A stretch of 64,000 nucleotides of DNA from Octopus vulgaris (lineage: Eukaryota): contig OX597836.1 in NCBI GenBank assembly GCA_951406725.2, positions 18,476,001 through 18,540,000 of the forward strand, written 5' to 3'. Under the pieces are notes generated by a model. It was not told the origin of the DNA, made no database searches, and saw only the letters and a list, made by a program, of their open reading frames with translations. Below, one piece after another: positions 26,674-41,602 of this stretch (positions are counted from its first letter, which is position 1; the number at the start of each line of letters is the position of its first letter). The translations under genes were made by a program, and so were the position numbers.

Positions 26674-27655
26674 AGAGAGAGAGAGAGAGAGAGAGAGAAC
26701 TGGAGTTAAACGCAAGTGTTATTCAAATTTTTATATTCCAAATCAAATTGCTTATTCCTTCAGAAATAAATCTACTAAGCTCACTATTGTTGCATTTACT
26801 GATATGTCTAAATATAAACATATCATTTTGATATATCAGTAAATGCAACAATACTGGGCTTAGTAAATTAATTTGGTCTCTGAAGGAACATAATAAACAA
26901 TTTGATTTAGAATAGAATATTCTATCTAGGCGCTTTCCATATGATAAAGGAAAATCTTTTTCTCCGCTCTATAACAAAGAACTCTCTCATCCTTTTCTCA
27001 GATAATCCTTCTGTAAACACATTCTGTAAACGCGTTTATCGTTGCAAACATTGGCAAAAACATACCTTTAGTTCCTATAAGTAATTTCTACCAATCTATA
27101 AAATTCGACATTTAACTGTCTTCTTACATTTCATTTACACTAAATATATCTATTTCCACGCCTTTAAGCTTTGTTCCCATTCATCTATCGCTCTACATTT
27201 ATCCACCCTTAGTTGTCTACAAAATTCTTTCTTTCCCCTCCTTCTCTTTTCCAAATTGCATTTGACGATAAATCTATTGACGGTTTTTTTTTTAAATAAG
27301 TTGCCAGCGTTCCCTTCATCATACACGCAGTAATCATATTCGATTAGAATGGCTTATTGATGTATTTTGTTTCTCTTTTTCTCACCAATGAGAAGATCGC
27401 ATTGTTTTACATCATTTTATCCCCGCTGGAATAATACCAATGTTTTCTTCGAAACATATGTCGGAAGTATAAAGATTTGAATAACACCAGCTTTTAATTC
27501 CATTTCTTTATTTATCTGCTAATTAAAAACATTTCACTAAACTCTGGAATTTCTACCTTTAACATCCTTGGTACTTATTTGAATTTTTTGCTACCCTGGT
27601 GATTATTTATTTATTTTTCCCGTATTATTTGTCCACATTGAAAAAATACACAAGT

Positions 27656-27708
<53 letters not shown>

Positions 27709-28121
27709 AAAGGAATTCCAACTCTGTCTGTTTTTTATGTTTTATTTATATTCTTTATAATATTAATGTAGAATAGTAAAATGAAATGAAGTATTGATTG
27801 TTTTATTCAATAGATGAAATATTGAATATCAAATATTAAGAGAGTTTGAATATATATCTATATATAGATATATATTCAAATGCGGATTGCTCGAAGCTAA
27901 CTTCCTTCCAACACCTGGATCCCTGGTTCTTATATGCCTATCTGTCTATCTATCATTCTACTATCTATTTTTTTTTTATCTATCTATAATACATGGTTGA
28001 TATTTTTATTTTTTATTCTCTTCGAAATTGCACTTAACTGTGATTTGGACATTTTGACTGTTCCTTCTAGTATTTTAGGCGACCTATTAAGGCTCGTCTC
28101 TTTGTGTTTAAATGTACACCA

Positions 28122-28197
<76 letters not shown>

Positions 28198-28212
28198 ATA
28201 TACACATGAACG

Positions 28213-28263
<51 letters not shown>

Positions 28264-28561
28264 GTATATACACACATGAATGCATGCATGGATATATATA
28301 TATATATATATATTTATGTTCGATTAAATATCTAAGTGTGTAACTATGTATTTATATATATTGCTTGTAATATATGTACATGTGTGTGTGTGTGTCTGTG
28401 TATGTGTGTGTGCATGTGTGTAATAGTCACTTTCCACACTTTTTTCACACAACGCAATCATTCTCTCATCTTAGAATTTGAATATGTGGTATTGCATATG
28501 GCTGCAACTAAAAGAATATTGTAAGTGCAAAGCAGGCAATAACACACACACGTACACACAC

Positions 28562-28618
<57 letters not shown>

Positions 28619-28690
28619 CACACACGCACACACACACACGCACACACACACACAAAGTCACACCAACATATTCATACATATGTATGTATG

Positions 28691-28758
<68 letters not shown>

Positions 28759-28759
<1 letters not shown>

Positions 28760-28912
28760 TTTATTTAAAGCAGCAGAAAATTCAACAAAACCTGTTACTC
28801 TGAGTTTCACGTGAAACTCAGAGTAGCTGCTTTAAATAAAGCATATTACTCTACCACTGGTATTTGAGTACTCTTTTTTCCACCTTGTTTCACATTTATG
28901 TGTTTACTCCGG

Positions 28913-28913
<1 letters not shown>
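28759..28913. mobile_element. Fold-back (head-to-head) fragment, probably a PLE terminal repeat
   Basis: Perfect 30-bp palindrome at 28796-28825 plus 16-bp outer arms at 28759-28774 and 28826-28841. GAAACTCAGAGTA resembles the 3' half of an HHR. Confidence 0.6.
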
Positions 28914-28943
<30 letters not shown>

Positions 28944-29569
28944 TATATATATATTTATATGCATGTATGTGTGTATGTATATGTATGTGCGTGTGCGTGT
29001 CTGTGTGCGTGTGCTTGTGTGTGTGTATGTGTGTGTGTGCGCGCGCGTGTGTGTGTGTGTGTGTGCGTGCGTGTGTGTGAGTGTATCAGGTGAAAAACCA
29101 TGGCGAATAAGTAGAAACAAAATGTTTGACTCCAGTGACGAGCGCTAGTAATGATGGCGGCAATGGCGGTAACGACGGCAAATGGCGGCGGTGGCAGAAA
29201 TGATGGCGATATAAGCAGTGACGGGAGGGATAATGGTGTGCGCAGGTGGTGGCGGCGGCGGCGGAGGCCGAGATGGTGTCGAAATGATTCAATAACGAAA
29301 TAATTAAACAAAACTGTTGGCGCCTTTACTATATTTTATCAGCAAAGTATTATCGGTGATTACCGTTTAATTTGATAACGTATTGGCTTCATTAAGACTT
29401 TAGAGAACATTGCAGAAACGTTTTCTTGGTGTGTCTATGTGTGTATGTGTTTTTTTCTGTATGTGTGTTGGCGTTGGTTTTAAGTGTGCGTTTTTAAAAA
29501 ACCGTAGCTTTAAATATACGTGTGCATATATAGGTGTGTATACGTGTGTGTAATGTATATATGAATATG

Positions 29570-29631
<62 letters not shown>

Positions 29632-29862
29632 TATATGAATATGTATTTTTATTCTTATGTATGTGTATATGCATAGGTTTCTTTCGTGTAAATTATCACA
29701 TATACAATGCGTAACATATATATATACACATGTATATATGTATGTATATATATATGTGTGTATGTGTGTGTGTGTGTGTGTTTATGTGTATGTATATATG
29801 TATATGATTTTAAATATGTGCACAAACATACACTGACATACACAAATACATATACATTGTAC

Positions 29863-29991
<129 letters not shown>

Positions 29992-30524
29992 TTCAGAGAT
30001 AGATACACACACAATCAGCCATACGCATGTAGTCACACGTTACACAATACAACTAGATGTCTTTATGCGTGTTATATCTGAGTGCGTATCTTCCTTCATA
30101 CTTGCTTCTTTGCATTTGTGCGTGTATATGTGCTTGTGTGTGCGTGCGTGTGAGTGTGTGTACCTGTTTATATATGTGTGTGGTGGGGTATGTCGAAAAT
30201 AAGAAATGTAGAGACGTTCTGAAAGCTTCACTACTGTATACTGTATATAATTACAGTTATGATTAATACAGAACTGCATTTTGAGTAGAGTTTAATGTAT
30301 AATTATATCAAATCTAACAAGGTACTTCGTGTCAGCTTCAAAATTCTACATATGACAGAGTAAAAATGAATATACAAAAATATACAACGAAAAACACATC
30401 ATCCAGACATCTTTATCCATGTCTATAGGTGTGTTGTGAGTATGTGTATGACTGTGTGTACGTATGTGTGTGTGTGTGTGTGTGTGCGTGTGCATATTTG
30501 TATGCATGCTTTGAAGATTATATA

Positions 30525-30570
<46 letters not shown>

Positions 30571-30578
30571 CTTCAAAG

Positions 30579-30628
<50 letters not shown>

Positions 30629-30670
30629 TACCTGCATATGTCATATATAGATTATATATATTTATAAATA

Positions 30671-30730
<60 letters not shown>

Positions 30731-30735
30731 GTATA

Positions 30736-30781
<46 letters not shown>

Positions 30782-30918
30782 CATATATATTTAATTATAT
30801 ATTCTCTAGAAATAATAGTTTATTCTTCTAATGTTTCCTTTGACTGACCTGCAGCGATGCTTTGGCATGGTTTCGTATACCTGTAACTCATATACGCCTT
30901 CATATACATACACACCTG

Positions 30919-30976
<58 letters not shown>

Positions 30977-31021
30977 CATACACACACACATGCAAACATA
31001 TAGCTAGCTAGCTAGTTAGAC

Positions 31022-31111
<90 letters not shown>

Positions 31112-31223
31112 GCCGCTGAAATAATGATGGAGTATTGTACATCCACAAAGCTTGTTTATTACAATCATATATGTAATATATTCCCCTTAAAACTGTACAT
31201 ATGTGTGTGTGTATGTATGCATG

Positions 31224-31271
<48 letters not shown>

Positions 31272-31744
31272 TGCATGTATGTATGTATTTATATATATAT
31301 ATGTATGTAAATATATATGTGTATATATATGTATACATATTTCATATAAATATTCATATATATATATGTGTGTATGTGGGTGTGTGTATTTGTATATATA
31401 TATATGCATAGAGAGAGAGCGAGAGGAGAGAGAGAGAGATAGAGACTTATACACACACATGAATATAACAGCTTATAAAAATAATATCTTATGGTTTTAT
31501 GTTTTTTTTTGTTTTTATATTTCTTGTTTTATTTTTGTCTTTATTTTTAATATACGTTTTTTTTGTGTGTTTTTGTTTATTTCATTTGTTGTGTGTATTG
31601 GTGTTTTTTTTTGTTTTGGGTGGTTTTGTGTTTTTTTCGGTTTGTACTTTGTAGTTTATACCATTATCTTTGTTGTTAGCTTTTATAAATAACGTATCTA
31701 AGTTATGTTTTGGTGTGTGTGTGTGTGTGTGTGTGTTTTTATTA

Positions 31745-31850
31745 AAGACTTGTACTCAATCTATAGGTGTGTTTTTTTGCCGAACCGCTATGTTACAGGG
31801 ACGTAAACAAACCAACACTACTTGTCAAGCGGCGGTGGGACACACACACA
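31745..31850 (-). mobile_element. SINE family A 3'-half fragment
   Basis: TTTTGCCGAACCGCTA.GTTAC.GGGACGTAAAC...TTGTCAAGCGGCGGTGGG. Confidence 0.75.
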
Positions 31851-32679
31851 CCCAGATACCCACAGGCACACACGAGCATGCACACGTATACACGCACAGA
31901 CAGACACACACACGCGGGTATATATTAGCTATTAGCAACAGAAATAGCCTTATAAATAACGTATCTAAGTTATGCTGGATCTGCTAAGACGTGTATGTGT
32001 GCGTGTGTATGTGTGTGTGTATGTGTGCGTATGTATGTGTGTGTGTGTATGTGTGCGTATGTATGAGTGTGTGTGTGTGTGTATTCAGTACGTCCACTGG
32101 TTTATGTTTATATGTATTCTTTCTTATATGGTGTGTGTGTGTGTGTCAACTGTTTCTTTAGAGTTTAAACAAAAATTTTTCAAGCTTATGTCAGTATTTA
32201 TTTTATTTATGTAGCAAATATCATGTGCTTTAAGTAACCGTATCTCTATCAAATTTCAATATTTTTGTATTTTTGATTTGTATTATTTTGCTTATTCTAT
32301 ACTGTCTCCTCTTTATTTATCCTTTATCAACCTTCCATTATTGTATTCTTCCGTAATCTTTCAATCTTTAATCACATTCTTCCATTCTTTTCTCTTTCCT
32401 TGTCTCTCCTCTATCTTCCTCACTCTCTCTTTATGTCTCTCTCTTTTCTTTGGTTCTTTCTCTACTTTGCAATGGTCGATGATTTTGACCACGTCCTCAG
32501 TTATATCTTACTGTTTGCTCTTACTTTTGTCGCTCTCTCCTCCTCCTCTCTCTCTCTCTCCGAACAATATCTTTTTCCTCCAACGCAGGTACTCTCTATT
32601 CCAGGTTAGCTCCAGGTCTGCCTGTGTAAGTATGTGTGTATGTGTGAGTGTGTGTGTGTGTGCGTGTGTGAGTATATTT

Positions 32680-32830
32680 CAAATTTACAAGCGAAGACAA
32701 ATGAGAGAACAACAAGCACGTGTGTTTGACGTTCGGGAATAATACAAAAGTCTTTGACGTTTCAATCCTACGCTCTTCAAGTGAAGGAGATGACAAGACA
32801 AAAAATGAAGAGAAAACGAAAAAACGGAGC
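32680..32830 (-). mobile_element. PLE terminal-repeat fragment (same family as 12315/61866), degenerate HHR
   Basis: Minus: TTGAAGAGCGTAGGATTGAAACGTCAAAGACT followed by the shared TGTCTTCG...GTAAATTTG sequence. Confidence 0.55.
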
Positions 32831-32872
32831 GAGAACGAAAATGTTTAGGTACTAACGGTTTAGCATACTGAA

Positions 32873-32975
<103 letters not shown>

Positions 32976-32976
32976 A

Positions 32977-33035
<59 letters not shown>

Positions 33036-33081
33036 AATATATAATGTCTATACATTTATATCATATATATATATATATATA

Positions 33082-33235
33082 AGCGCAGGAGATTCTGTGT
33101 GGTAAGAAACTTGCTCCCCAACTGCATGGTTCCGGGTTCAGTTCCAAAGCGTGGAACCTTCTACCGTAGCCTCGGTCCGACCAAAGCATTGTCAGTCGAT
33201 GTGGTAGGCGGCAACAGAAAGGCACCCGACGTATA
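33082..33235 (+). mobile_element. SINE family A 5' half
   Basis: GCGCAGGAGATTCTGTGTGGTAAGAAACTTGC...GGTTCCGGGTTCAGTTCC tRNA-like head. Confidence 0.82.
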
Positions 33236-33854
33236 TATGTATATAAAGGTTATGAGACGTAATGGTATCAAGTAATGCCGAGTAAGTGGTATGGATAGAC
33301 CATAGTTAAGCTCCATGTTCGGTGATTATGAGAATATGGAGTCCAAACGTAGGTTATATATAAGCAAGTATATCTAAAAAAGTTTTTTCCCCCTCACCTC
33401 CCCATTCTTACTATCAATCTATCTTGACTGACCACTAACTACTACACTTTCCCTCTCTTCATCTCTCTTTATTATCTCTCTCTCTCTCTTTGCTCTTCTT
33501 TTTCTTTTTTTCTTTTTTCTTTTTTCTTTTTTCTTTTCCTTTTTTCTCTTTACTTTATTCCTCTCTTCCTGTTTTCGATTTGACCTTAAAAATACATTCC
33601 CTACTTTTAGGTCACTTTAAATAAAACCCTCGATTCAATAGCACTGTGTACAACCTCCATACTTGGAATGACCAATTTTAAATACTATTGGAACTTACAA
33701 GATATTGGAATCTTATATGTATACCATTCTGCCTAAATAATGGATCTACAGATGCAATATTCCTGCATATCTCACATCTATTTTCATTCCTCCACCTCAC
33801 TCTCTATTTCATATCTTATCTAAATTAACTATTGCTTAACCATTTTCTCACACC

Positions 33855-33902
33855 GTCTCCGATGAAGGGATATATAAAATATCCCGGAAACAGCTGTAAG
33901 GC
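33855..33902 (+). ncRNA. Minimal hammerhead ribozyme motif (U4>C change) in a probable PLE terminal region (~33245-33960)
   Basis: GTCT-CCGATGA-A-GGGATAT-ataaa-ATATCCC-g-GAAA-CAGCTG-TA-AGGC. 7-bp stem II, palindromic CAGCTG, GUA triplet. Confidence 0.72.
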
Positions 33903-34718
33903 CTTCTCTTTATAAGTCTTTGATCATAAATATTTAGCTGGTTTAGAACCTTTATTGGGCATAAACTACAATATTAGTGGTAGCAGCAGCCTTCAGTAGC
34001 AACAGCAGCAGCAGTAGTAACAGTAGCAGTAGTAGCAGCAGTAGCAGTAACGGCAGAAACAGAGAGTGCAGTATTGTTAACTAACATGTAAATACACCGT
34101 CTTCATTAGCGGGACATTTGCCTTAGCAACTAAACTCCAGTCGGTAATTAATACATAATTATTCGATGCCAATAAAACACCTTTCAGAAATAGCAGTAAT
34201 CATTTAATTAGATTTTTACTTTTAATAGATTCTCTAATTACACTCATGGCCTCGTTAGTCCATTCCATTAACTACACTACTCTTTCTATACTCCCCCCCC
34301 CGCCTCTCTCTCTCTCTCTCTCAATGTGTATATCATATATATCATATATATATATCATATCATATCAGAGGTGAAATGCTTGACATCTCCCCTTTCAGTA
34401 GTTTTAACGAACTTCACCTAACATTTTATGAGACAACGATGCTAGTTGACTGGGACCAATTAATTTAACAGAAATGGGAGCCGAAATCTTTCTGAAATCA
34501 TACCTACATATGTTGCCGTCTTTAAAAAAAACATAGAAATAATGGATGATTGGACCTGAAATACACTGGATATGAAAAAACATATAACAGGAAAAAATGA
34601 ATGGATGGCCACATGTGAACACCTTTGGTGATAGGTTTACTAGACAAGAGTTGATACGAGATCAAAGAAAAACAACTGAACAAGTATCCTTCAAACCATA
34701 GATACCCTAATGCCTTAG

Positions 34719-35666
34719 TCATAGAGTCAATTAAGCCAACAATACCAACTTTATTGTAGAGTCAATTAAACTAACACCAATACCAAATTTAACGTAGTCA
34801 TATCAATTATCAATATTAATACCAATGTATTCTTGGAGTCAGTACAAACCAGTATCAATACCAGTTTTATGGTGGAGTCAATTAACCCGTCATCAATATC
34901 AATTTTATTGTGGAGTTAATTAATATTAGCATCAATACCAATTTTAACATCGGTTATCATCGGTACCAAATTAATCGTGGAGTCAAATCAATACTAATAC
35001 CAATATTTTTGTAAAGTCAATTTAACCAGCATTACTATCAATTTTATGGTTGCGTCAATTATATTGACATCAATACCAATTCTTTTGTGGAATCAAACCG
35101 ACCTTAATACAAACTTTACTGAGGAATCAAGTGTACTGGCACCAGTATCGACTTTATTGTTGTTGCAGAGTCAATTAAATCATTATCAATTCAAACATTA
35201 TTCTGGAGTCAATTATATCACCTTCCAAAAACAAACTATCTTTAGTCAGTTAAACCATCATCAATACCAACATTATTGTGGAGTCAATTATCTTAACACC
35301 AATAGCAAATTCATTGTAGAGTCACTTATACCAACATTAATACCAACGTTCTTGTGGAATCAAGCGAACATCGATACCAACTTTATGGACATCAGGTTTT
35401 TGAAAGCTGAAATGAAATTTACCGGGATCTGAACATGTAACGACGAAAGCTCTAATGACTCGCCCACAATTAAACCATATTTCTGTTCACTCAGCTATAT
35501 TTAATACAAAAAGCAAATGGTGTCGAAAATGCTCAGTTTTGTCCACTTGACATTCCGTTTCAATGATTTGAAAATACACAAAAATCAATAAAATTTAAAA
35601 AATCAAAACACTATCTTGTACAGCACCATTTTGCAAATGCGTTTTATTTATTTCTGCGTAGATTTT

Positions 35667-35728
<62 letters not shown>

Positions 35729-35822
35729 GCATTTCTTTTCCATTCTTCCTCCTGAGCGTCAAACTAATACATCTGCTTTTTGTTCCCTCACCTGTCTTCG
35801 TCTTTTGTATTTGCAATTTGAG

Positions 35823-35881
<59 letters not shown>

Positions 35882-35929
35882 AAATGTAATGTGTGGGCTA
35901 TATTCCGCCCAGAAAGTACTGGGTTCTAA
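34719..35929. repeat. Tandem segmental duplication, copy 1; includes a degenerate ~38-bp minisatellite (34720-35390)
   Basis: Near-identical to 36007-37299 at offset ~1285. Minisatellite consensus is roughly GGAGTCAATTAAACCAGCATCAATACCAATTTTATTGT. Confidence 0.93.
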
Positions 35930-36006
35930 TTACAGATATATGTGAACGAGACGAGATGTGTGTCTGAATTCACTTGGATTAAAACAACAGAGCTCTGTTC
36001 CCCAAA

Positions 36007-36951
36007 TCATAGAGTCAATGCCAACAATACCAACTTTATTGTAGAGTCAATTAAACTAACACCAATACCAAATTTAACGTAGTCATATCAATTATCAATA
36101 TTAATACCAATGTATTCTTGGAGTCAGTACAAACCAGTATCAATACCAGTTTTATGGTGGAGTCAATTAACCCGTCATCAATATCAATTTTATTGTGGAG
36201 TTAATTAATATTAGCATCAATACCAATTTTAACATCGGTTATCATCGGTACCAAATTAATCGTGGAGTCAAATCAATACTAATACCAATATTTTTGTAAA
36301 GTCAATTAAACCAGCATTACTATCAATTTTATGGTTGCGTCAATTATATTGACATCAATACCAATTCCTTTGTGGAATCAAACCGACCTTAATACAAACT
36401 TTACTGAGGAATCAAGTGTACTGGCACCAGTATCGACTTTATTGTTGTTGCAGAGTCAATTAAATCATTATCAATTCAAACATTATTCTGGAGTCAATTA
36501 TATCACCTTCCAAAAACAAACTATCTTTAGTCAGTTAAACCATCATCAATACCAACATTATTGTGGAGTCAATTATCTTAACACCAATAGCAAATTCATT
36601 GTAGAGTCACTTATACCAACATTAATACCAACGTTCTTGTGGAATCAAGCGAACATCGATACCAACTTTATGGACATCAGGTTTTTGAAAGCTGAAATGA
36701 AATTTACCGGGATCTGAACATGTAACGACGAAAGCTCTAATGACTCGCCCACAATTAAACTATATTTCTGTTCACTCAGCTATATTTAATACAAAAAGCA
36801 AATGGTGTCGAAAATGCTCAGTTTTGTCCACTTGACATTCCGTTTCAATGATTTGAAAATACACAAAAATCAATAAAATTTAAAAAATCAAAACACTATC
36901 TTGTACAGCACCATTTTGCAAATGCGTTTTATTTATTTCTGCGTAGATTTT

Positions 36952-37011
<60 letters not shown>

Positions 37012-37102
37012 CATTTTTCTTTCCATTCTTCCCGAGCGTCAAACTAATACGCCTGCTTTTTGTTCCCTCACCTGTCTTCGTCTTTTGTATTTGCAATTTG
37101 AG

Positions 37103-37183
<81 letters not shown>

Positions 37184-37299
37184 CGTGTGTGTATGTGGAT
37201 GTATATTGGTATATATATATATATGCATGAGTGTGAATGTGCGTGTCTTTGTGTTTGTTTGCCGCCCAGACATACACACACACAAGTACTGGGTTCTAA
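36007..37299. repeat. Tandem segmental duplication, copy 2
   Basis: The 128-aa ORFs at 35046 and 36331 differ by one residue; both copies end in AAGTACTGGGTTCTAA. Confidence 0.93.
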
Positions 37300-38151
37300 A
37301 ATCCTTCCAGGCGGTCATACTGTGGTATGACTGCAATTCAGTTACTGAAAAGAAGTGAAAAATGAAAGGCAAAAGAAGACATACTAAAAACGTTTAATTA
37401 AAATAAAGAATGGGGTTTGCTTATCTGAAAATTAAATGGTACAACACATTTTTCTGACTCCTTGATTCCGTTCTTTATTCGTGCTTACATAAGAGGTCGA
37501 AGACAACGAGACAGGAGGATATATATATATATAATATATAAAATTGGTTTCTAGCTAGCTAAGTCGACCGCCGAAACTGCATTTGGACTCAAAGAACAAA
37601 TTCATTCTTTCATTCCTTCATTCTTTCAGAGGATTTGAACACAGAATCTAATGAAGAAATAGCTCAATACACAGTCGCAAAGTTGTTCTCAGTTAACTAC
37701 CGTCAGCCATGTCAAAAATGGCGGTAAAGTTTTGTCAGAAACAAATCATGAAGGTCAAAGGTTACGCGATTGTACTAAGTGTTCGCTAAAGATTTTTTTA
37801 TTATTATTTTACATTCACTTTTTCATTCACTCACTCTTGTTATCTGATTCTCTCATTGTATCTCTTCCTCTCTAGTTCTCCTTAGCTCTCTCTCTCTCTC
37901 TCTCTCCTTTCACAGGAACCTGGTCAGACGTTATATTTATATCTACCTTTCGATCGAATTGTCTGGTTAAATAAATCATACACACACTCACACACATGAA
38001 CACACACATTCGCACACACACGCATATGCACACACACACTTACATTCGAACACGCACACATATGTACACACACAAACAAGTTCATATACGTTTACATAAC
38101 ATGTATATGCAAACAAATATTACACACTGAAAGAAAAAATATATATATGTA

Positions 38152-38262
<111 letters not shown>

Positions 38263-38367
38263 TAGCATCAATATCTATACACATACACGCACACACTTAT
38301 ATGCATAAACATTTATATGCGTATATACATATATATACGTAGTTGTATGTGTTGTGTGTATGTATGC

Positions 38368-38433
<66 letters not shown>

Positions 38434-38744
38434 ATGTATATATATATATATAGGCATACATATATGTAAGTATATATATATATATAAAACACGAACTTAG
38501 ATGCACTCACACAACACACTAACAAATATAATTGTTTGTTTAATGGTGAATCTAAATCAATATAAAAGCTGCACTTGTTCCCGGAAATAGAATATTTTAG
38601 TTCAACTGCAGTGACATCGTTGTACTGAAGGAGTGCCGAAGCTTAGCGATAAACATTTAAAGGGATCTATAAAAACATGTGCGCGCGTGCGGAAGTGTGT
38701 ATGTATATCGGCGTGTACATATATGGGTACGTATCTGTGTCTGC

Positions 38745-38802
<58 letters not shown>

Positions 38803-38984
38803 GAGGGGGCGTTCAATTTGTGCGTGTCTTTACCACTTCTTTTGGCTTATATCCCTCGTTAAGAAACGAGGCACAGGATGAGTGCATATACGCGACGCAG
38901 CAGGCAATGAGTAAAGGAAGGCTACTCACCGTGGCAGCGAGAAGTTTATTGCATTTAACTGCATTTTAAGATAATCTCTTATAT

Positions 38985-39372
38985 TTCTTTTTATCTTCGG
39001 TCATCGGACTTTGAGGCGAGCTCCGGGCACAGCCTCAAAGGCTTGTAGTGAGCAAATCGACCCCACGACTAATTTTATTTTAAAGCCTAGTACTTTAGTA
39101 CTTATTCTACCTGTCTCTTTTTATAGAGACGTAAACAAAGCAACACCGGTTGTCACGATGGTGGTGGGATACAAGCACAAAAACCATGACACACACACGC
39201 GCGCATACAAACTCATACACTCACATATATGGCGGGTTTCTTTCGGTGTCTGTCTATCAAATCCACTCACAAGGTTTTGCTGGACCCATGACTATAGTAG
39301 CAGGCACTTGCGGAAGGAATCGCGTTGCGGAACTGAGACCAAGACCACATGGGTGGGAAGTAAGCTTCTTAC
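38985..39372 (-). mobile_element. SINE family A, old and diverged
   Basis: AAATCGACCCC, AGTACTTATTCTA, ACGTAAAC..CAACACCGGTTGTC and AAATCCACTCACAAGG. Confidence 0.8.
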
Positions 39373-40679
39373 AATTAATATTTATTTCATGATTTTCTAT
39401 AAGCGCCAAGAAATTTGATGCAAGTTGAATTAGAATTTTTGTTCGTGTGGTATAATTGCTGATATAATCCACGGTAGCAAAAGTATACTCCCGGATTTAC
39501 CGACCATATGATGGGTCACACTCTGGTGAAAGAATGATACCTCCTTAACTGACAACGGTGCTACTGTTCAGTCATTTATCCCTAAGTGTATGACAAACGA
39601 TCCGAAGATGGTAGCAGAATTTTAGTCGTCATCTTGTGATGTCCACGAACATATGTTGTTGGTACACACACAGCACATGGAAGTATGCTAAAAAATTTCA
39701 TGTATGACCGCAATTTTCAGTGTGTGTGTGTGTGTGTGTGTGTGAGTGTATTATGTGTATGTGTGCGTGCGTGTGTATGTTTGTGTAGACATCAGAAAAC
39801 AGCATTGATGGATAAACAAATCTCATTCAGGCTGGCAATAATCGAACAATCTCTAAGAACTGGGCAAGGATTCTTTAAGTACATGTGTAAGATAAAATGT
39901 CAAACGAAGAAATGTTTTTATGTCAAGTAAAATGTATTACGAATTGGAAATGTCAATCAAGCTCAAACTTGTGCAACAAATAGAAGAACGAGAAAAATAC
40001 AAAGTTCAACAGAATATATTTAGTTTAGGCTACGGTGCTATTTTTAATAAAATTTCCTTATTTCTCTGTTAGATATTATTTAATCTAAACTTCACTATCC
40101 ATTCGTTTATAAAATTTCCTTTGATGTCAGTTATATTCTTAATTAACTTAAACTCTTCTACCGTTTATTAATAAAATTTTCTTTCCTCTCTTATATTTTT
40201 AAATAATTTTTTTTTTATATCTTACTTCACGTGGATATACAGTAGAAACCCAGAAAACTGCGATACTCGACTCAACAAAGCATCTTCTATAGACGTATAA
40301 CTTTTATAGCAGATTAGTAAATATGTATACATTCATCCATCCATACATGCATACATACATACATACATACATCAGTTGTTTGCTGAGACGTCTTAGTGGT
40401 TTCACGCTATTTAAAATCAAGACCACTGCTATCAACAGGAGCGCCAGAGCATAGAGCTACAGGAAAAGGCTGACAGATGTCTGCCATGACAGGACAAAAT
40501 AACATTGCGTGTACAATAAGAAATAACAAGACATAACAGACAAAGAATGGTGTATATATACGAAAGAAGATGCATTAAGACTGTACAATAAGCAAAAGGA
40601 ATAATTATATATACATACATACGTGTGTGTGAATACATACATACATGCATACATACATACACACACACACAGACACACA

Positions 40680-40745
<66 letters not shown>

Positions 40746-41512
40746 ATGTATATATATATAGAGAGAGAGAGTTCAATTATAGGTTAAATAAGCCTTATTA
40801 AGGGATAATAATATCCAAAGAATTTTGTGGTTTATTACCTATTATTTATTTTGAATATTAGTTTTAATAATATTAACCGATGTTTATATGGAACATTGCG
40901 GCTGAGTATTGTTTTATAGAAAAATTTGGTAAAGACCTTATAAACGTGGGGGAGGTAGTATATTTAGAGAAGTAAATATAGAAAATAATATATTATGCTT
41001 TGGGTAAACATCAAAAGTATAAAGAAAAGTAATATATAGCATATAGTAATTAACTGTATATTTAAGTATCAAATTAATATAAGAGTAAATATGTTTATAA
41101 AAATTTGAGTAATATAATATATTCTGGATAATCATTAAAAAGTATATAGATAAACAATATGTAGTAATTAGCCTTGTATTTACGTATCATATTAATATTA
41201 GCGTAAATATATTTATAACAATTTAAGTAATGAGGGTGTATAAATATGTAAGTAAAAATAGAAAAATAAAATGGGTGGAGTTTTAGGTAAATATATACAT
41301 ATATTTTTGAATGCATATATAAATATGAATACGTTCAAATTTTCATACATATGGAAATACATAAAAATATATAAAAATCAAATTTTAAAAAATGGCCACA
41401 CCAATAATCATATCTTGCACATACACCTGCATATATTTACACACTCAAACATAATAATCACATGTAGTTATCTGTAAAGAAATAACATGCAAATAATTAT
41501 AAAATATGCAAG

Positions 41513-41563
<51 letters not shown>

Positions 41564-41602
41564 AACTGATATGTGTATATATTTGTGCAAATAATATCTT
41601 AC

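Noticed and set aside
26900-27660. Unique-looking block, possibly an old LINE or exon
   Set aside because: Only short frames and no motif I can identify.
31683-31974. 25-bp exact direct repeat TTATAAATAACGTATCTAAGTTATG as a SINE TSD
   Set aside because: The repeat is real (31683-31707, 31950-31974) but does not abut the SINE fragment ends; more likely a small local duplication.
34720-35390. CRISPR-like periodicity
   Set aside because: Units are contiguous and degenerate with no unique spacers and no cas genes; eukaryotic context.
35046-35432. Duplicated 128-aa ORF
   Set aside because: Lies in a ~38-bp non-triplet minisatellite; its identity reflects the recent DNA duplication.
38561-38610. 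TATAAAAG as a core promoter
   Set aside because: Common by chance in AT-rich DNA, with no supported downstream gene.
39930-40220. Possible PLE N-terminal coding remnant on the minus strand
   Set aside because: Lys/Ile-rich frame with several stops and no diagnostic motif.
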